From the NCBI GenBank assembly GCA_036381495.1, contig DASVCS010000059.1, positions 2,352 to 66,351 on the forward strand: DNA of 64,000 nt. The letters are read 5' to 3'. The DNA is from Longimicrobiales bacterium (GTDB lineage Bacteria > Gemmatimonadota > Gemmatimonadetes > Longimicrobiales > RSA9). Positions 43,636 to 52,983 of this stretch are shown here, piece by piece. A model generated the notes under the pieces. That model did no database searches and was not told the DNA's origin. It was given only the letters and a program-made list of their open reading frames with translations. The position numbers and the translations under genes are program-made. Every line of letters begins with the position of its first letter. Positions within the stretch are counted from its first letter, which is position 1.

Positions 43636-46119
43636 TCATTCCGCCCGCAGCGCGACCATCGGGTCCACGCGCGCGGCACGCCGCGCAGGCAGCCAGCTCG
43701 CGAACCCCGCCACGCCGGCGAGCAGCGTAGCCGCCGCGATGTACGCGATCGGATCCGTCGGCTCGATGCCGAAGAGCATGCCGCGCAACAGTCGCGTCAG
43801 CAGGAGCGCGGCGCCGGTCCCGGCGACGAGCCCGGCCAGGACCAGTCTCAGAGAGCCGGCGACGACGAGCCGCTCGACCTGCCGCGCCTGCGCGCCGAGC
43901 GCGATGCGCACGCCGATCTCCCCCGTGCGCCGCGTGACGACGTAGGAGACGACGCCGTAGAGCCCGATCGCGGCGAGCGCGAGCGCCACGCCCGCGGCGA
44001 GCGCCAGGAGCGCGAGCGTGAAGGACTGGCGGCTCATCGAGCGGTCCACGATCGTCTGCATCTCGTCGACGTTGGCCAGCGGGATCGCGGGGTCGAGGTC
44101 CGCGACGATGCGGCGGATCGCCGGGAAGAGCGACGCCGGGTCCGCCAGCTCCGTGCGCACGACGAGGTACCGCGCACTGCCCCAGCCGCCCGAGCCGGGG
44201 GCGGGCACGATGGGATAGTAGATCGCCACCGCCGGCGCCTCTTCCACCGAACTCGCGTACACATCGCCGACCACGCCGACCACCCGGTAGAACGGCGCGC
44301 TCCGGCTGCCCGGCGCCACGCGTTTGCCGATCGGGTCCTCGCCCGGCCAGAAGCGCTCGGCGAAGGCGCGGCTGACCACCGCAACCGGTTCACCACTGCC
44401 GCTGTTGTCGTCGTCCCTGAACGTGCGTCCGGCGAGGAGGGGGATCCCGAGCGCCTCGAAATAGCCGGGCGACGTCGGCGTCTGGCCCGCGCAGGTGGTC
44501 AGGCCGGCGTCGTCGAGGCGAGCATAGACCTCACGGTCCGCGAAAGCCTGCGTTGTACAGCCGTAACCGCCGCTGAACGGCATGTCGTTCGACACGCCCG
44601 CCGCGGTCACGCCCGGTAGCGCGCGCACGCGCTCGAGCATTGCGCGGTAGAACTGCCAGCGCGCCGCGTGCCCGTCGTAGCGGCCGGATGGAAGATAGAG
44701 CTCCATCGTGAGCACGCCCTCCGGATCGACGCCTGGATCGACGGCGCGCAGACCGCGGAAGCTCTCGAGCAGCAGCCCCGCGCCCACGATCAGGATCAGC
44801 GCGAGCGCGACCTGGCCGACGACGAGGGCCGACCGCACTCGCTGCCGCTCGCGGCCGACCGTGGCGGAGCGGCCGCTTTCGGCAAGCGCGGCAACGCCAA
44901 CGGACCCGCGCTGCCGCAGCACGGCCACGCCCGCGAGCACGACCGCGATGACGAGCGACACGCCGAGCGCGAAGCCGAACACGCTCGCGTCGACCCGGAT
45001 CGCGTCCAACCGCGGGATCGCTGCAGGCGCGATGGCGACGAGCCACTCGACGCCCCAGGTGCCGAGCAGTAGCGCCACAGCGCAGCCGGCCACCGACAGC
45101 ACCACGCTCTCGGCCAGGCAGTGCATCGCGATCGCCGCTCGGGACGCGCCGAGTGCCGCACGCACCGCCAGCTCGTGACGCCGCGCCTCGATCCGGACCA
45201 GGAACAGGTTCGCCACGTTCGCCGCCGCGATCAGCAGGACCAGCCCGACGGCACCAAGCAGGATCCACAGATTCCGGGCGACATCGCCGACCACGTCGTC
45301 TTTCAGCGAACGCAGCACCGTGTGCAGCCCGGACCGCTCGAACATGCGCGCGCTGTAGATGTCCGGGTACGCCTCCATCAAACCCGGCCTCAATGCGTCC
45401 AGCTCCGCCTGCGCCGACTCGAGCGTCGCGCCCGGCGCGAGCCGCGCGATCCCCGACACCGTGTGGCTGCCCAGCCAGGTCGGATCGAGCTGGTACGGAA
45501 TCCACACGTCCGTCCGCAGCCGGCCGAACCTGCCACCCGGCTCCGGCAGCTCCGTCCCCGGCGCCATCACCCCGATGACCTCGATCGGGATTCCGTTCAT
45601 CTCGATCGCACGGCCGATCACGTCGGGATCGCCGCCGAACTGCCGCTGCCAGAAGCCGTGGGAGAGCACCGCCACCGGCGCCCCGCCCGGCGAATCGTCC
45701 CGGTCATCGAAGAGCCGCCCGAGCGCGGCGCGAGCGCCCAGAATGCGGAACACACTCGCAGTCGCAATCGCCGCGCGGCCGCGCACCACCTCGCCCGGAC
45801 CGGCGAGGTTCACTCCGCCGACCCGGTACATCCCCATCGCTTCCAGCGAGCGCGCATGCTCGCCGAAGTACAGGTACTGCGCCGGCGAGAGCTGCCACTC
45901 CACATCCGCGCCCACCCCCGGCACCGGATTCGCGATCCGCACCAGCCGCTCCGCATCCGGGTACGGCAGCGGATCCAGCACCACGGACTCGAGCACCGCA
46001 TAGATCGCCGTCGTCGCGCCGATCGCGAGCGCGAGCGTCAGCACCGCCACGACCGCGTAGCCGGGACTGCGACGCAACCCGCGCAACGCGTAACGCAGGT
46101 CCTGGAAACCTGTTGCCAC
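43636..46119 (-). CDS. ADOP-14: double-FtsX ABC permease (start uncertain)
   Basis: VATGFQDLRYALRGLRRSPGYAVVAVLTLALAIGATTAIY ... [17 protein letters not shown]. There is no ATG at the paralog-aligned position, so the in-frame GTG at 46119 is proposed. The track ORF extends to 46320 through a G/R/E-rich low-complexity stretch. Confidence 0.8.
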   Translation of the reverse strand: MATGFQDLRYALRGLRRSPGYAVVAVLTLALAIGATTAIYAVLESVVLDPLPYPDAERLVRIANPVPGVGADVEWQLSPAQYLYFGEHARSLEAMGMYRVGGVNLAGPGEVVRGRAAIATASVFRILGARAALGRLFDDRDDSPGGAPVAVLSHGFWQRQFGGDPDVIGRAIEMNGIPIEVIGVMAPGTELPEPGGRFGRLRTDVWIPYQLDPTWLGSHTVSGIARLAPGATLESAQAELDALRPGLMEAYPDIYSARMFERSGLHTVLRSLKDDVVGDVARNLWILLGAVGLVLLIAAANVANLFLVRIEARRHELAVRAALGASRAAIAMHCLAESVVLSVAGCAVALLLGTWGVEWLVAIAPAAIPRLDAIRVDASVFGFALGVSLVIAVVLAGVAVLRQRGSVGVAALAESGRSATVGRERQRVRSALVVGQVALALILIVGAGLLLESFRGLRAVDPGVDPEGVLTMELYLPSGRYDGHAARWQFYRAMLERVRALPGVTAAGVSNDMPFSGGYGCTTQAFADREVYARLDDAGLTTCAGQTPTSPGYFEALGIPLLAGRTFRDDDNSGSGEPVAVVSRAFAERFWPGEDPIGKRVAPGSRSAPFYRVVGVVGDVYASSVEEAPAVAIYYPIVPAPGSGGWGSARYLVVRTELADPASLFPAIRRIVADLDPAIPLANVDEMQTIVDRSMSRQSFTLALLALAAGVALALAAIGLYGVVSYVVTRRTGEIGVRIALGAQARQVERLVVAGSLRLVLAGLVAGTGAALLLTRLLRGMLFGIEPTDPIAYIAAATLLAGVAGFASWLPARRAARVDPMVALRAE

Positions 46120-46349
46120 GATCTGACCCGTGCGCTTCCGCTCCTTTCGTTCCACTTCGACCGGCCCGGACGCTCCATCCCGGAGTCCGCCGCGCCGCCC
46201 CCGTCTCGCTCGCCTCTCCTCCCGCTCGACCGAACGGCCTGCCCCGCCGCCGGCACCCGCGCCCGCCGTTCCGCCCTTGCCCCCTATCGTCAGCTCCATG
46301 GCCGATCTCGCTATGGACACCCTCCGACCGGCGAGGTTATCCTTCGCCC

Positions 46350-47156
46350 ATGGACGCCGAGACCCGCGAACGCTTCGACCAGCTCACCGCTGCTTTGCAA
46401 GCGGCGGAGGCGCGCTGGAACGAACGCTTCGACCAGCTCGCCGCCTCGCTCGAAGCGGCGGAGAAACGTTGGGACCAGCGTTTCCAGGAGGCCGAGGCGC
46501 GCTGGGACGCGCGTCTCCGGGAAGCCGAGGCGCGTTGGGATGAGCGTCTCCAGGAAGCCGAGGCACGCTGGGATGCGCGTCTCCGGGAGGCCGAGGCACG
46601 CTGGGATGAGCGTCTCGATAAGTTCGCCGCGATGGTCGCCCGGGGGTTCGAGTCGGAGGCGGAGCAGGCGAACCATCGCTTCGCCCGCATCGAAGAGCGG
46701 TTCGCCCGCATCGAAGAGCGGCTCGACCGCATCGAGGAGCGCCTCGACCGCATCGAGGAGCGCCTCGATCGCGTGGAGGCACGCCTCGACGGCGTGGAGA
46801 CGCGCCTCGATCGGCTCGAGCACCGCGTCGAGGCGATGGACGTCAAGTTCACCGAGCAGTTCATCGCGGTCGATGAACAGTTCCGGACGCTGAGCATACG
46901 TCTGACCGGGTTCGAAAACCGTGTGACGATGACGGTGACGGACACCCGCAAAGAAGTCGAGATCCTCGCGCAGCACGTCGCGTCACTCGACGCGTTGTTC
47001 GTAGGGCTCGCCGACCGGGTGAGCAAGCTCGGCGGACGCGTCGGCGTGATCGAGGAAGGCATGGCGGATCTCAGCGGCCGGATCGACGGGCTCGCCGACG
47101 ACATGCGCCTGCGGTTCCGCCTTGTGGATGAGCGGTTGGCGGTCCTGGCCACCTGA
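46350..47156 (+). CDS. coiled-coil repeat protein of unknown function
   Basis: 268 aa from ATG 46350 (GAGG 13 nt upstream) with high GC3. Contains 11-residue repeats (EAEARWDxRLx) followed by heptad repeats (RIEERLD). It is the only plus-strand gene inside the array. Confidence 0.65.
   Translation: MDAETRERFDQLTAALQAAEARWNERFDQLAASLEAAEKRWDQRFQEAEARWDARLREAEARWDERLQEAEARWDARLREAEARWDERLDKFAAMVARGFESEAEQANHRFARIEERFARIEERLDRIEERLDRIEERLDRVEARLDGVETRLDRLEHRVEAMDVKFTEQFIAVDEQFRTLSIRLTGFENRVTMTVTDTRKEVEILAQHVASLDALFVGLADRVSKLGGRVGVIEEGMADLSGRIDGLADDMRLRFRLVDERLAVLAT
46488..46619 (+). repeat. 33-bp tandem repeat x4 inside the coiled-coil gene
   Basis: gaggccgaggcgcgctgggacgcgcgtctccgg and three near-identical units, encoding EAEARWDARLR / EAEARWDERLQ. 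Confidence 0.85.
46686..46832 (+). repeat. 21-bp tandem repeat x7 inside the coiled-coil gene
   Basis: cgcatcgaagagcggttcgcc and six progressively diverging units, encoding RIEERFA / RIEERLD / RVEARLD heptads. Confidence 0.85.
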
Positions 47157-47399
47157 GCCGGCATCGGCCCGGGCCGCGGTTTCATCCGGAATTCGGCGAA
47201 CCCGTGCTGCATCGAATGCCACCGAAGCTCGAGCGGGGTCGTGGGACTCGCGTCGAAGAGCAGCGCCCGCAACGCGGAACGCAGGTCGTGCATCATGTCG
47301 ACCACCTCCGCTGCCGGCGGATTCGCTCCGCTTGCGACCACTGGATCACTCGCGAGCCCATGATCGCGCCGGCCGGTCTCCAACCGGGCGGCGTAGCCG

Positions 47400-49841
47400 T
47401 CACTCCTCCCGCAACACCACCATCGGGTCCACCGTAGCCGCCCGCCGTGCGGGGAGGTACGTCGCGAATGCCGCTACGGCCGCCAGCGCGATCGGCACGG
47501 CCGCGAACGTCACGGGGTCCGTCGGGCTCACGCCGTAGAGCAGGCTCTCGATCAGCCGGGTCAGTGCGAACGCGGCGACGATGCCGATGCCGAGGCCGAT
47601 CGCGACCGGCACCATCCCCTGGCGTACGAAGAGTCGCACGACCTCATCGCGGCGCGCGCCGAGCGCCATGCGGATCCCGATCTCGCCCGTCCGCTGCCGT
47701 ACGGTGTAGGAGACGATACCGTAGATCCCGATCGCGGTGAGTACGAGCGCCAGCCCCGCAAAGAGGCCGAGGAGCACTGCGTTGAACCGCTCCTGCGCGA
47801 CCGAGGCGCCGATCACCTCGGGCATGCTCCGGAACCGCGGCAGCGGCATGCGCGGCTCGAGCGCGCGGATCGCGTCGAGGACGGCCGGTCCGACCACCGC
47901 GCCTCCCTGCACCCGCACGGCGATCGCACCAAGCGCGGCGACAGCCCAGCCATCCGGCGCCTGCGCACGCGGGATGTACATCGTTTCGGATGGCGCCCGA
48001 TCGAGTCCCAAGCCGTGTACATCTCCGACGACGCCCACGATCTCGCGCGGCGGATCGTCGAAGCCGGGGATGAGTTCTTTCCCCTGGTAGGTGCCGATGT
48101 CGATCCGCTGGCCGATCGGGTTTTGTCCCGGGAAGTACTTCCGGGCGAACGTCTCGTTGACGATGACGACGGGCGGCATGCGGTCGTCGTCGCGCGCGGT
48201 GAAGGCGCGCCCGCGCACCAGCGGGATCCGCAGGGTCTCGAAGTACCCCGGCGTGATGCCGCGCCACTGGACTGCGCCGAAGGTGGCATCCGGGCGGCCG
48301 ACCACCGTCATCGGAAAGTTGTACTGACCCTGGAGCGGCAGTGTCGATGTGGCCGCGGCCGAGACGACGCCCGGGATGGCACGGATCCGTTCGAGCACCT
48401 GGCGCTCGAACTGCCAGACCCGGGCCGCCGTCCCGTACTCCGCCGGCGTGCGCCGGAATTCGACCGCGAGCACGCCCTCCGGCTCGAAGCCGGCGCTGAC
48501 CGAGCGCAGCTCGAAGAAGCTCGTGATGAGCAGCCCCGCGCCGGTCAGCAGCACCACGGCCAGCGCGGCCTCGGATGCGGCGAAGAGCGAGCGGACCCGC
48601 CTCCGGCTACGCTCCCCGGTCCGGCGCGCGCCACCGCGCAACGCGCCGCTCAGGTCGACGCGGAACGCGTGCGCTGCCGCCGTCAGCCCGAACGCGATCC
48701 CGGTCGCGAGCGCGACGGCCAGCGTGAAGCCGAGCACTCGCCCGTCCAACCCGATCTCCTCCATCCGCGGCAAACCGGATGGCGCGAGCGCGAGCAGCCC
48801 GTCCACGCTCCACTCCCCCACCACCAGCCCCAGCGCCGCGGCGCCGAGCGCGAGCAGCACGCTCTCCGTCAGGAGCTGCCGCACGATGCGCCCACGGCCG
48901 GCGCCGATCGCGGCGCGGACCGCCATCTCGCGCTGCCGGCTCGTGGCACGGGCGAGCATGAGGTTCGCCACGTTCACGCACGCGATGAGCAGCACGAAGC
49001 CGACCGCGCCCAGCAGGATCCAGAGCGTCCGCTCGAGGCCACCGACGAAGATGTCCTGGTACCCGAGGATCGCGACACCGACCTCGCTCTCGCCCATGAG
49101 TTCCGGATGCTCCTCCCGGAACCGCGCCGAGACCGCCGCCAGGTCGGCCCGCGCCTGCTCGAGCGTCACACCCGGCCGGAGCCGCGCACGGACCTGGTAG
49201 TTTTGCCCCTTATCCCGCGGGTCCGGGTCGAGACGGAACGGCACCACGAAATCCGTGTACCCGGGCGCCTCGGGGAAACGGAACCCGGGCGGCATCACCC
49301 CGACCACCGCGTGCGGCACGCCGCCGAGCCGCACCGTGCGACCGAGCACCGCCGGATCCGCGTCGAAGCGGGTGCGCCAGACACCATCGCTCAATACGAC
49401 GACGGGCGGCGCGCCGGGCCGGTCCTCCTCCGGCAGGAACGCCCGCCCGAGCGCCGGAGCGATCCCGTTGACCCGGAAGAAATCCGCGGTCGCGCGCAGC
49501 CCTCGCACCTCGTCCGGGACCGCACCCTCACCCAGCTCCGTCGCCCAGCCCCGTTCCGTGCTCACGCCGTCGAAGACCCGCGCGTGCTCGCGGATGTATT
49601 CGTACGTGTACGCGGTGACGGTGGAGTTCACGCCTCCGCTGTTCCATTCCCAGCCCAGGTAGACGAGCCGATCCGGTTCCGGGTACGGCAGCGGCCGCAG
49701 CAGCACGCCATTGACCACACTGAAGACCGCCGTGTTCGCGCCGATCCCGAGCGCGAGCGTGAGCATCGCGGCCAGCGTGAACCCGGGGCTCTTCACCAAC
49801 GTGCGGACAGCGTAGCGGAGATCACTGAACAGCGTTTCCAT
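47400..49841 (-). CDS. ADOP-15: double-FtsX ABC permease
   Basis: [40 protein letters not shown] ... [20 protein letters not shown] 49841 is preferred (AGGTGG 6 nt upstream) over the GTG at 49850. Confidence 0.88.
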   Translation of the reverse strand: METLFSDLRYAVRTLVKSPGFTLAAMLTLALGIGANTAVFSVVNGVLLRPLPYPEPDRLVYLGWEWNSGGVNSTVTAYTYEYIREHARVFDGVSTERGWATELGEGAVPDEVRGLRATADFFRVNGIAPALGRAFLPEEDRPGAPPVVVLSDGVWRTRFDADPAVLGRTVRLGGVPHAVVGVMPPGFRFPEAPGYTDFVVPFRLDPDPRDKGQNYQVRARLRPGVTLEQARADLAAVSARFREEHPELMGESEVGVAILGYQDIFVGGLERTLWILLGAVGFVLLIACVNVANLMLARATSRQREMAVRAAIGAGRGRIVRQLLTESVLLALGAAALGLVVGEWSVDGLLALAPSGLPRMEEIGLDGRVLGFTLAVALATGIAFGLTAAAHAFRVDLSGALRGGARRTGERSRRRVRSLFAASEAALAVVLLTGAGLLITSFFELRSVSAGFEPEGVLAVEFRRTPAEYGTAARVWQFERQVLERIRAIPGVVSAAATSTLPLQGQYNFPMTVVGRPDATFGAVQWRGITPGYFETLRIPLVRGRAFTARDDDRMPPVVIVNETFARKYFPGQNPIGQRIDIGTYQGKELIPGFDDPPREIVGVVGDVHGLGLDRAPSETMYIPRAQAPDGWAVAALGAIAVRVQGGAVVGPAVLDAIRALEPRMPLPRFRSMPEVIGASVAQERFNAVLLGLFAGLALVLTAIGIYGIVSYTVRQRTGEIGIRMALGARRDEVVRLFVRQGMVPVAIGLGIGIVAAFALTRLIESLLYGVSPTDPVTFAAVPIALAAVAAFATYLPARRAATVDPMVVLREE

Positions 49842-50127
49842 CGCGGCCACCTATTCGTCGAGGGGGTCGGGTTGCGGAGTCATTGCGAATCTCGCCGCAT
49901 CGGGCGTGCGGCAGGGCTCACGGTTTCGGTTCATCTCGAGAGCGGGCCGGGGTGGCCGGCCCGGTCACGCGGCAACCCGGTGCGGCCGCCAAACACCCCG
50001 TGGCTGTGCGAGCCGAGCCACGCACGGGCGTCCGACCGGAGTCTCCCGACCACGTCCCCGGCCGACATGGTCATGGCGGACGCGGCACGAACCGGGGCGA
50101 ACCTGAGGAGCCCGACCCGGTCCGCGA

Positions 50128-50295
50128 TTCATCCCTGAACGCCACCACCGGATCCACCCGTACCGCCCGCCGCGCCGGCAGGCAACTCGCCACGAGCGCA
50201 ACGGCGGCCAGCAGCAGCGGGACCATGGCGAACGCCGCAGGATCGGTCGCAGCGACGCCGTACAGCAGACTCGACAGGATGCGCGTCACGCACAT
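50128..50295 (-). pseudogene. relic of the C-terminal end of an ADOP permease
   Basis: Encodes TRILSSLLYGVAATDPAAFAMVPLLLAAVALVASCLPARRAVRVDPVVAFRDE, matching the last TM helix and tail of the paralogs. There is no upstream permease body. The expected stop is replaced by TCG, followed by CGGACCGGGT, which resembles the start of the 32-nt motif. Confidence 0.7.
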
Positions 50296-50398
50296 CCTGG
50301 AACAGCGAATTCAAGGCAAGGCTCTCGACGCGAGTGGATGCCGCCCGTGGCCCGCGACCGGGCCTCCGGCCGCGGACCCCGTCCTCGGGACCCGAACC

Positions 50399-51136
50399 TC
50401 ACGCCAGCTCGAAACCATGTTCCTGAAGCTGTTCCGCGACCTGCCCCGCCTCGTCCTTCACGACCTGGCCGTCGAAGAGATGGATGCTGCGCTCCGCGTA
50501 GCGCTCGTAGCGCGGGTCGTGCGTGACCATGCAGATCGTCGCGCCGCCCTGGTGCAACTCGCGCAGCAGGTCCATCACCGCCTCACCGTTCTTCGAATCC
50601 AGGTTCCCCGTCGGCTCGTCGGCAAGCAGGATCAACGGGTCGCCGCTGATCGCGCGCGCCACCGCCACGCGCTGCTGCTGACCGCCGCTGAGCTGCGCGG
50701 GATAATGGCGCATCCGGTGCGCCATCCCCACCCGCTCCAGCGCCGTCTCGACCCGCCGCTTCCGCTCCGCGCTCGGCATCCCGCGGTACGTGAGCGGCAG
50801 CTCGACGTTCTCGTAGACCGTCAGGTCGCCGATCAGGTTGAACGCCTGGAAAATGAAGCCGATCTGGCGGTTGCGGATGTAGGCGCGCTGCGACGCCGTC
50901 AACCCGGAAACCGGATTGCCATCCAGCAGGTACGTCCCTTCCGTCGGCGAATCCAGGAGCCCGAGGATCGAGAGCAACGTCGTCTTGCCGCACCCCGACG
51001 GACCGGCAATCGCGACGTATTCGCCGCTGTTGATCTCGAGATGGACCCCCGAGAGCGCGTGCGTCTCGACCTCGTCCGTGTAGAAGACCTTCCGGATCGC
51101 GTCGAGGCGGATCAACGGCTTCGTCCCGTTCTGCAT
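50399..51136 (-). CDS. ABC transporter ATP-binding protein (MacB/LolD type), ATPase-2
   Basis: Walker A GPSGCGKTT, signature LSGGQQQRVAVARAI, Walker [13 protein letters not shown]; 245 aa. Confidence 0.9.
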   Translation of the reverse strand: MQNGTKPLIRLDAIRKVFYTDEVETHALSGVHLEINSGEYVAIAGPSGCGKTTLLSILGLLDSPTEGTYLLDGNPVSGLTASQRAYIRNRQIGFIFQAFNLIGDLTVYENVELPLTYRGMPSAERKRRVETALERVGMAHRMRHYPAQLSGGQQQRVAVARAISGDPLILLADEPTGNLDSKNGEAVMDLLRELHQGGATICMVTHDPRYERYAERSIHLFDGQVVKDEAGQVAEQLQEHGFELA

Positions 51137-51507
51137 CTCGTTCTCCTTGTCACGGTGGCACGTTCCACTCTGCTGCCCCGCCCGGCGCGGGTTTCAGGCG
51201 TGGGAATCCAGGGCCGTAGAGGCCGCGAAGGCACTCGCTCGAAACACCCCCAACCCCAGTCCGCTCCGGAGCCGTACCCCATTGCGGTGTTGCGGCACTT
51301 CCTCGCGGACCTTGCGTCCTCTACGGCCACAGTGTTCGACGAAGGCGACGCTCGAGACGCGCCGCCCCGTCCTTTGGTCCTGTCTGTTTCCGGTACTCGA
51401 CCGGCATGGAGATCGCCGCCGTACGCGGCGCACCCCCGCGCGGTTTCATCCGTACGCCCGGCGCACCGGCGGCGCAATCCGCCGACCGCGTGCGCGTCGC
51501 CGCGACT

Positions 51508-52752
51508 TCACCGCAGCCGCACCCGATCGACGGCATCCCAGGCCGACATGTCGGACAGGATCACGATGTCGCCGACCTGCAACCCCTCGCGGACCTCGAT
51601 CGTGTTCACCGATGCCCGGCCGAGGCGCACGTTCACGCGGATCGCCGCATCCCCGTCGTCGACCACCTTGAAGAGCCCGACCGTGCTCTCCGGCTGACCG
51701 TACCCCGGCCGCCCGACGAACAGCACGTCATCGAGACGCTCGATCTCGATCGTGCCGTCCACGCTCAGGTCCGGCCGCGCACCCGGCGGCAGCGCCTCAT
51801 CGAGCGCGACGTCGACGGTCACCGTCCCGTCCTGGACCGCCGGGTCGATCCGGGATACATGCCCCTTGATGAGCGAGTTCCGCGTGTCGATCGTCGCCTT
51901 CTGCCCGATCGCCACGTCCTTCGCCTGCGTCTCCGGGATCCGCAGCTCCGCCTTCAGCCGGCCGGGCTGCACCACCTTCGCCAGCGTCATCCCGGGCGTG
52001 ACCCATTGGCCGACTTCGAGCGGCAACTCCTGTAGCACGCCATCCGCGCCCGCCCGGACGTGCATGGCCTCGACCTGCGCCCGCTGGAACTCGGCGACCG
52101 CGCGCAGTCGGTCGACCTGAGCCTGCTGCACCGCGAGCTGGTCGTCCACCGACTCGGACAGGATCTCGAGGCGCTTCCGCTCGATCTCGAGCTTCGTCTT
52201 GAATTCTTCCGCCTGGTCCTGCGAACGCGCCAGCTCGTTCGGCGCGATCAACCCCTCCTTCGCGAGCTGCCGGTTCGTCTCGACGTTCCGCAGCGCCTCA
52301 CGGTACGCGCTCTCCGCCGTCGCGACCATGGCCTCCTGGTTCAACCGCTGCGTCTCGAGCTGCGTCCGCAGACTCACCAGCGTCGCCCGCGCCGCCGTCA
52401 ACTGCTGTTCCGCACCCAGCGCCTGGATGTTGACGTCCGGGTTGCTGAGCTCCAGGAGCACCGTCTCGCGCGTCACCTCCATGCCGGGCTCCGCGAGGAT
52501 CCGCTCGACGCGGCCCGGCGTCAGCGTCGAGATCCACTGGATCCGTTCCGGCACCAGCTTCCCGGGACCACGGACCTCGCGGACCATCGTGCCTCGCTGC
52601 ACCGTATCCGTCCAGATCGTGGCGCGCTCGACCGTCGGCGCCGCCGGCTCCAGCCGCGAGAGCGCCACCGTGGTCAGCACCACGGCCGCCAGGCCGCCTC
52701 CGACATAGAAATAGCGCCGGCGATTCTTCGGTTTCTCGCGTGGGATATCCAT
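51508..52752 (-). CDS. periplasmic efflux adaptor (HlyD/MacA membrane-fusion family)
   Basis: Has an N-terminal anchor (YFYVGGGLAAVVLTTVAL). A long coiled-coil hairpin follows (QLTAARATLVSLRTQLETQRLNQ ... QLAVQQAQVDRLRAVAEFQRAQ), then barrel/MP-like C-terminal blocks. Start trimmed to ATG 52752. Confidence 0.8.
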   Translation of the reverse strand: MDIPREKPKNRRRYFYVGGGLAAVVLTTVALSRLEPAAPTVERATIWTDTVQRGTMVREVRGPGKLVPERIQWISTLTPGRVERILAEPGMEVTRETVLLELSNPDVNIQALGAEQQLTAARATLVSLRTQLETQRLNQEAMVATAESAYREALRNVETNRQLAKEGLIAPNELARSQDQAEEFKTKLEIERKRLEILSESVDDQLAVQQAQVDRLRAVAEFQRAQVEAMHVRAGADGVLQELPLEVGQWVTPGMTLAKVVQPGRLKAELRIPETQAKDVAIGQKATIDTRNSLIKGHVSRIDPAVQDGTVTVDVALDEALPPGARPDLSVDGTIEIERLDDVLFVGRPGYGQPESTVGLFKVVDDGDAAIRVNVRLGRASVNTIEVREGLQVGDIVILSDMSAWDAVDRVRLR

Positions 52753-52833
52753 GGCTTCACCTTCTCGGGTTGGGGCACGCCACGAGGCGCGCACCGCCCG
52801 GCGATGATGCGCCGGCTTCGATGCGTGGTCCAG

Positions 52834-52849
52834 GCCAAGGACCGTGCCA
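52834..52849 (-). promoter_or_regulatory. sigma-54-like -24/-12 candidate (TGGCACGGTCCTTGGC)
   Basis: The minus strand reads CTGGCACGGTCCTTGGCC, ~85 nt upstream of the adaptor ATG. The -24 is perfect, but the -12 reads TTGG(C), which is either one mismatch or a 1-nt spacing shift. Confidence 0.35.
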
Positions 52850-52983
52850 GAATGTTCGCATAATACAACGCATTGTCGTAAACCCGTTTACAGGCGCACC
52901 GGCCGCCGCTCCCGCCCGCCGCGGTGACCGCTCGTGGGATGCAGCATCCCGAAAGCGGACACATCCGGCCGGCCGCATCGCCG

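Noticed and set aside
47165-47176. Palindrome CGGCCCGGGCCG followed by CGGTTTC, as an intrinsic terminator between the convergent coiled-coil and ADOP-15 genes.
   Set aside because: The stem leaves essentially no loop and the T-tract is only 3 nt, too weak to call. Similar GC palindromes (for example GATGCGCGCATC near 58550) are common here.
46337-47383. The 348-aa minus-strand ORF across the coiled-coil gene.
   Set aside because: Apart from its first ~12 codons (reported as a possible permease relic), it is an S/R-rich antisense shadow of the plus-strand repeat gene, which has the more protein-like composition and high GC3.
51156-51162. TGGCACG sigma-54-like -24 boxes on the plus strand (51156-51162, 55534-55540, and TGGCACA at 21468-21474).
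   Set aside because: They point away from any plus-strand gene and lack TT at the -12 position. They serve as a warning that TGGCACG occurs by chance in these spacers.
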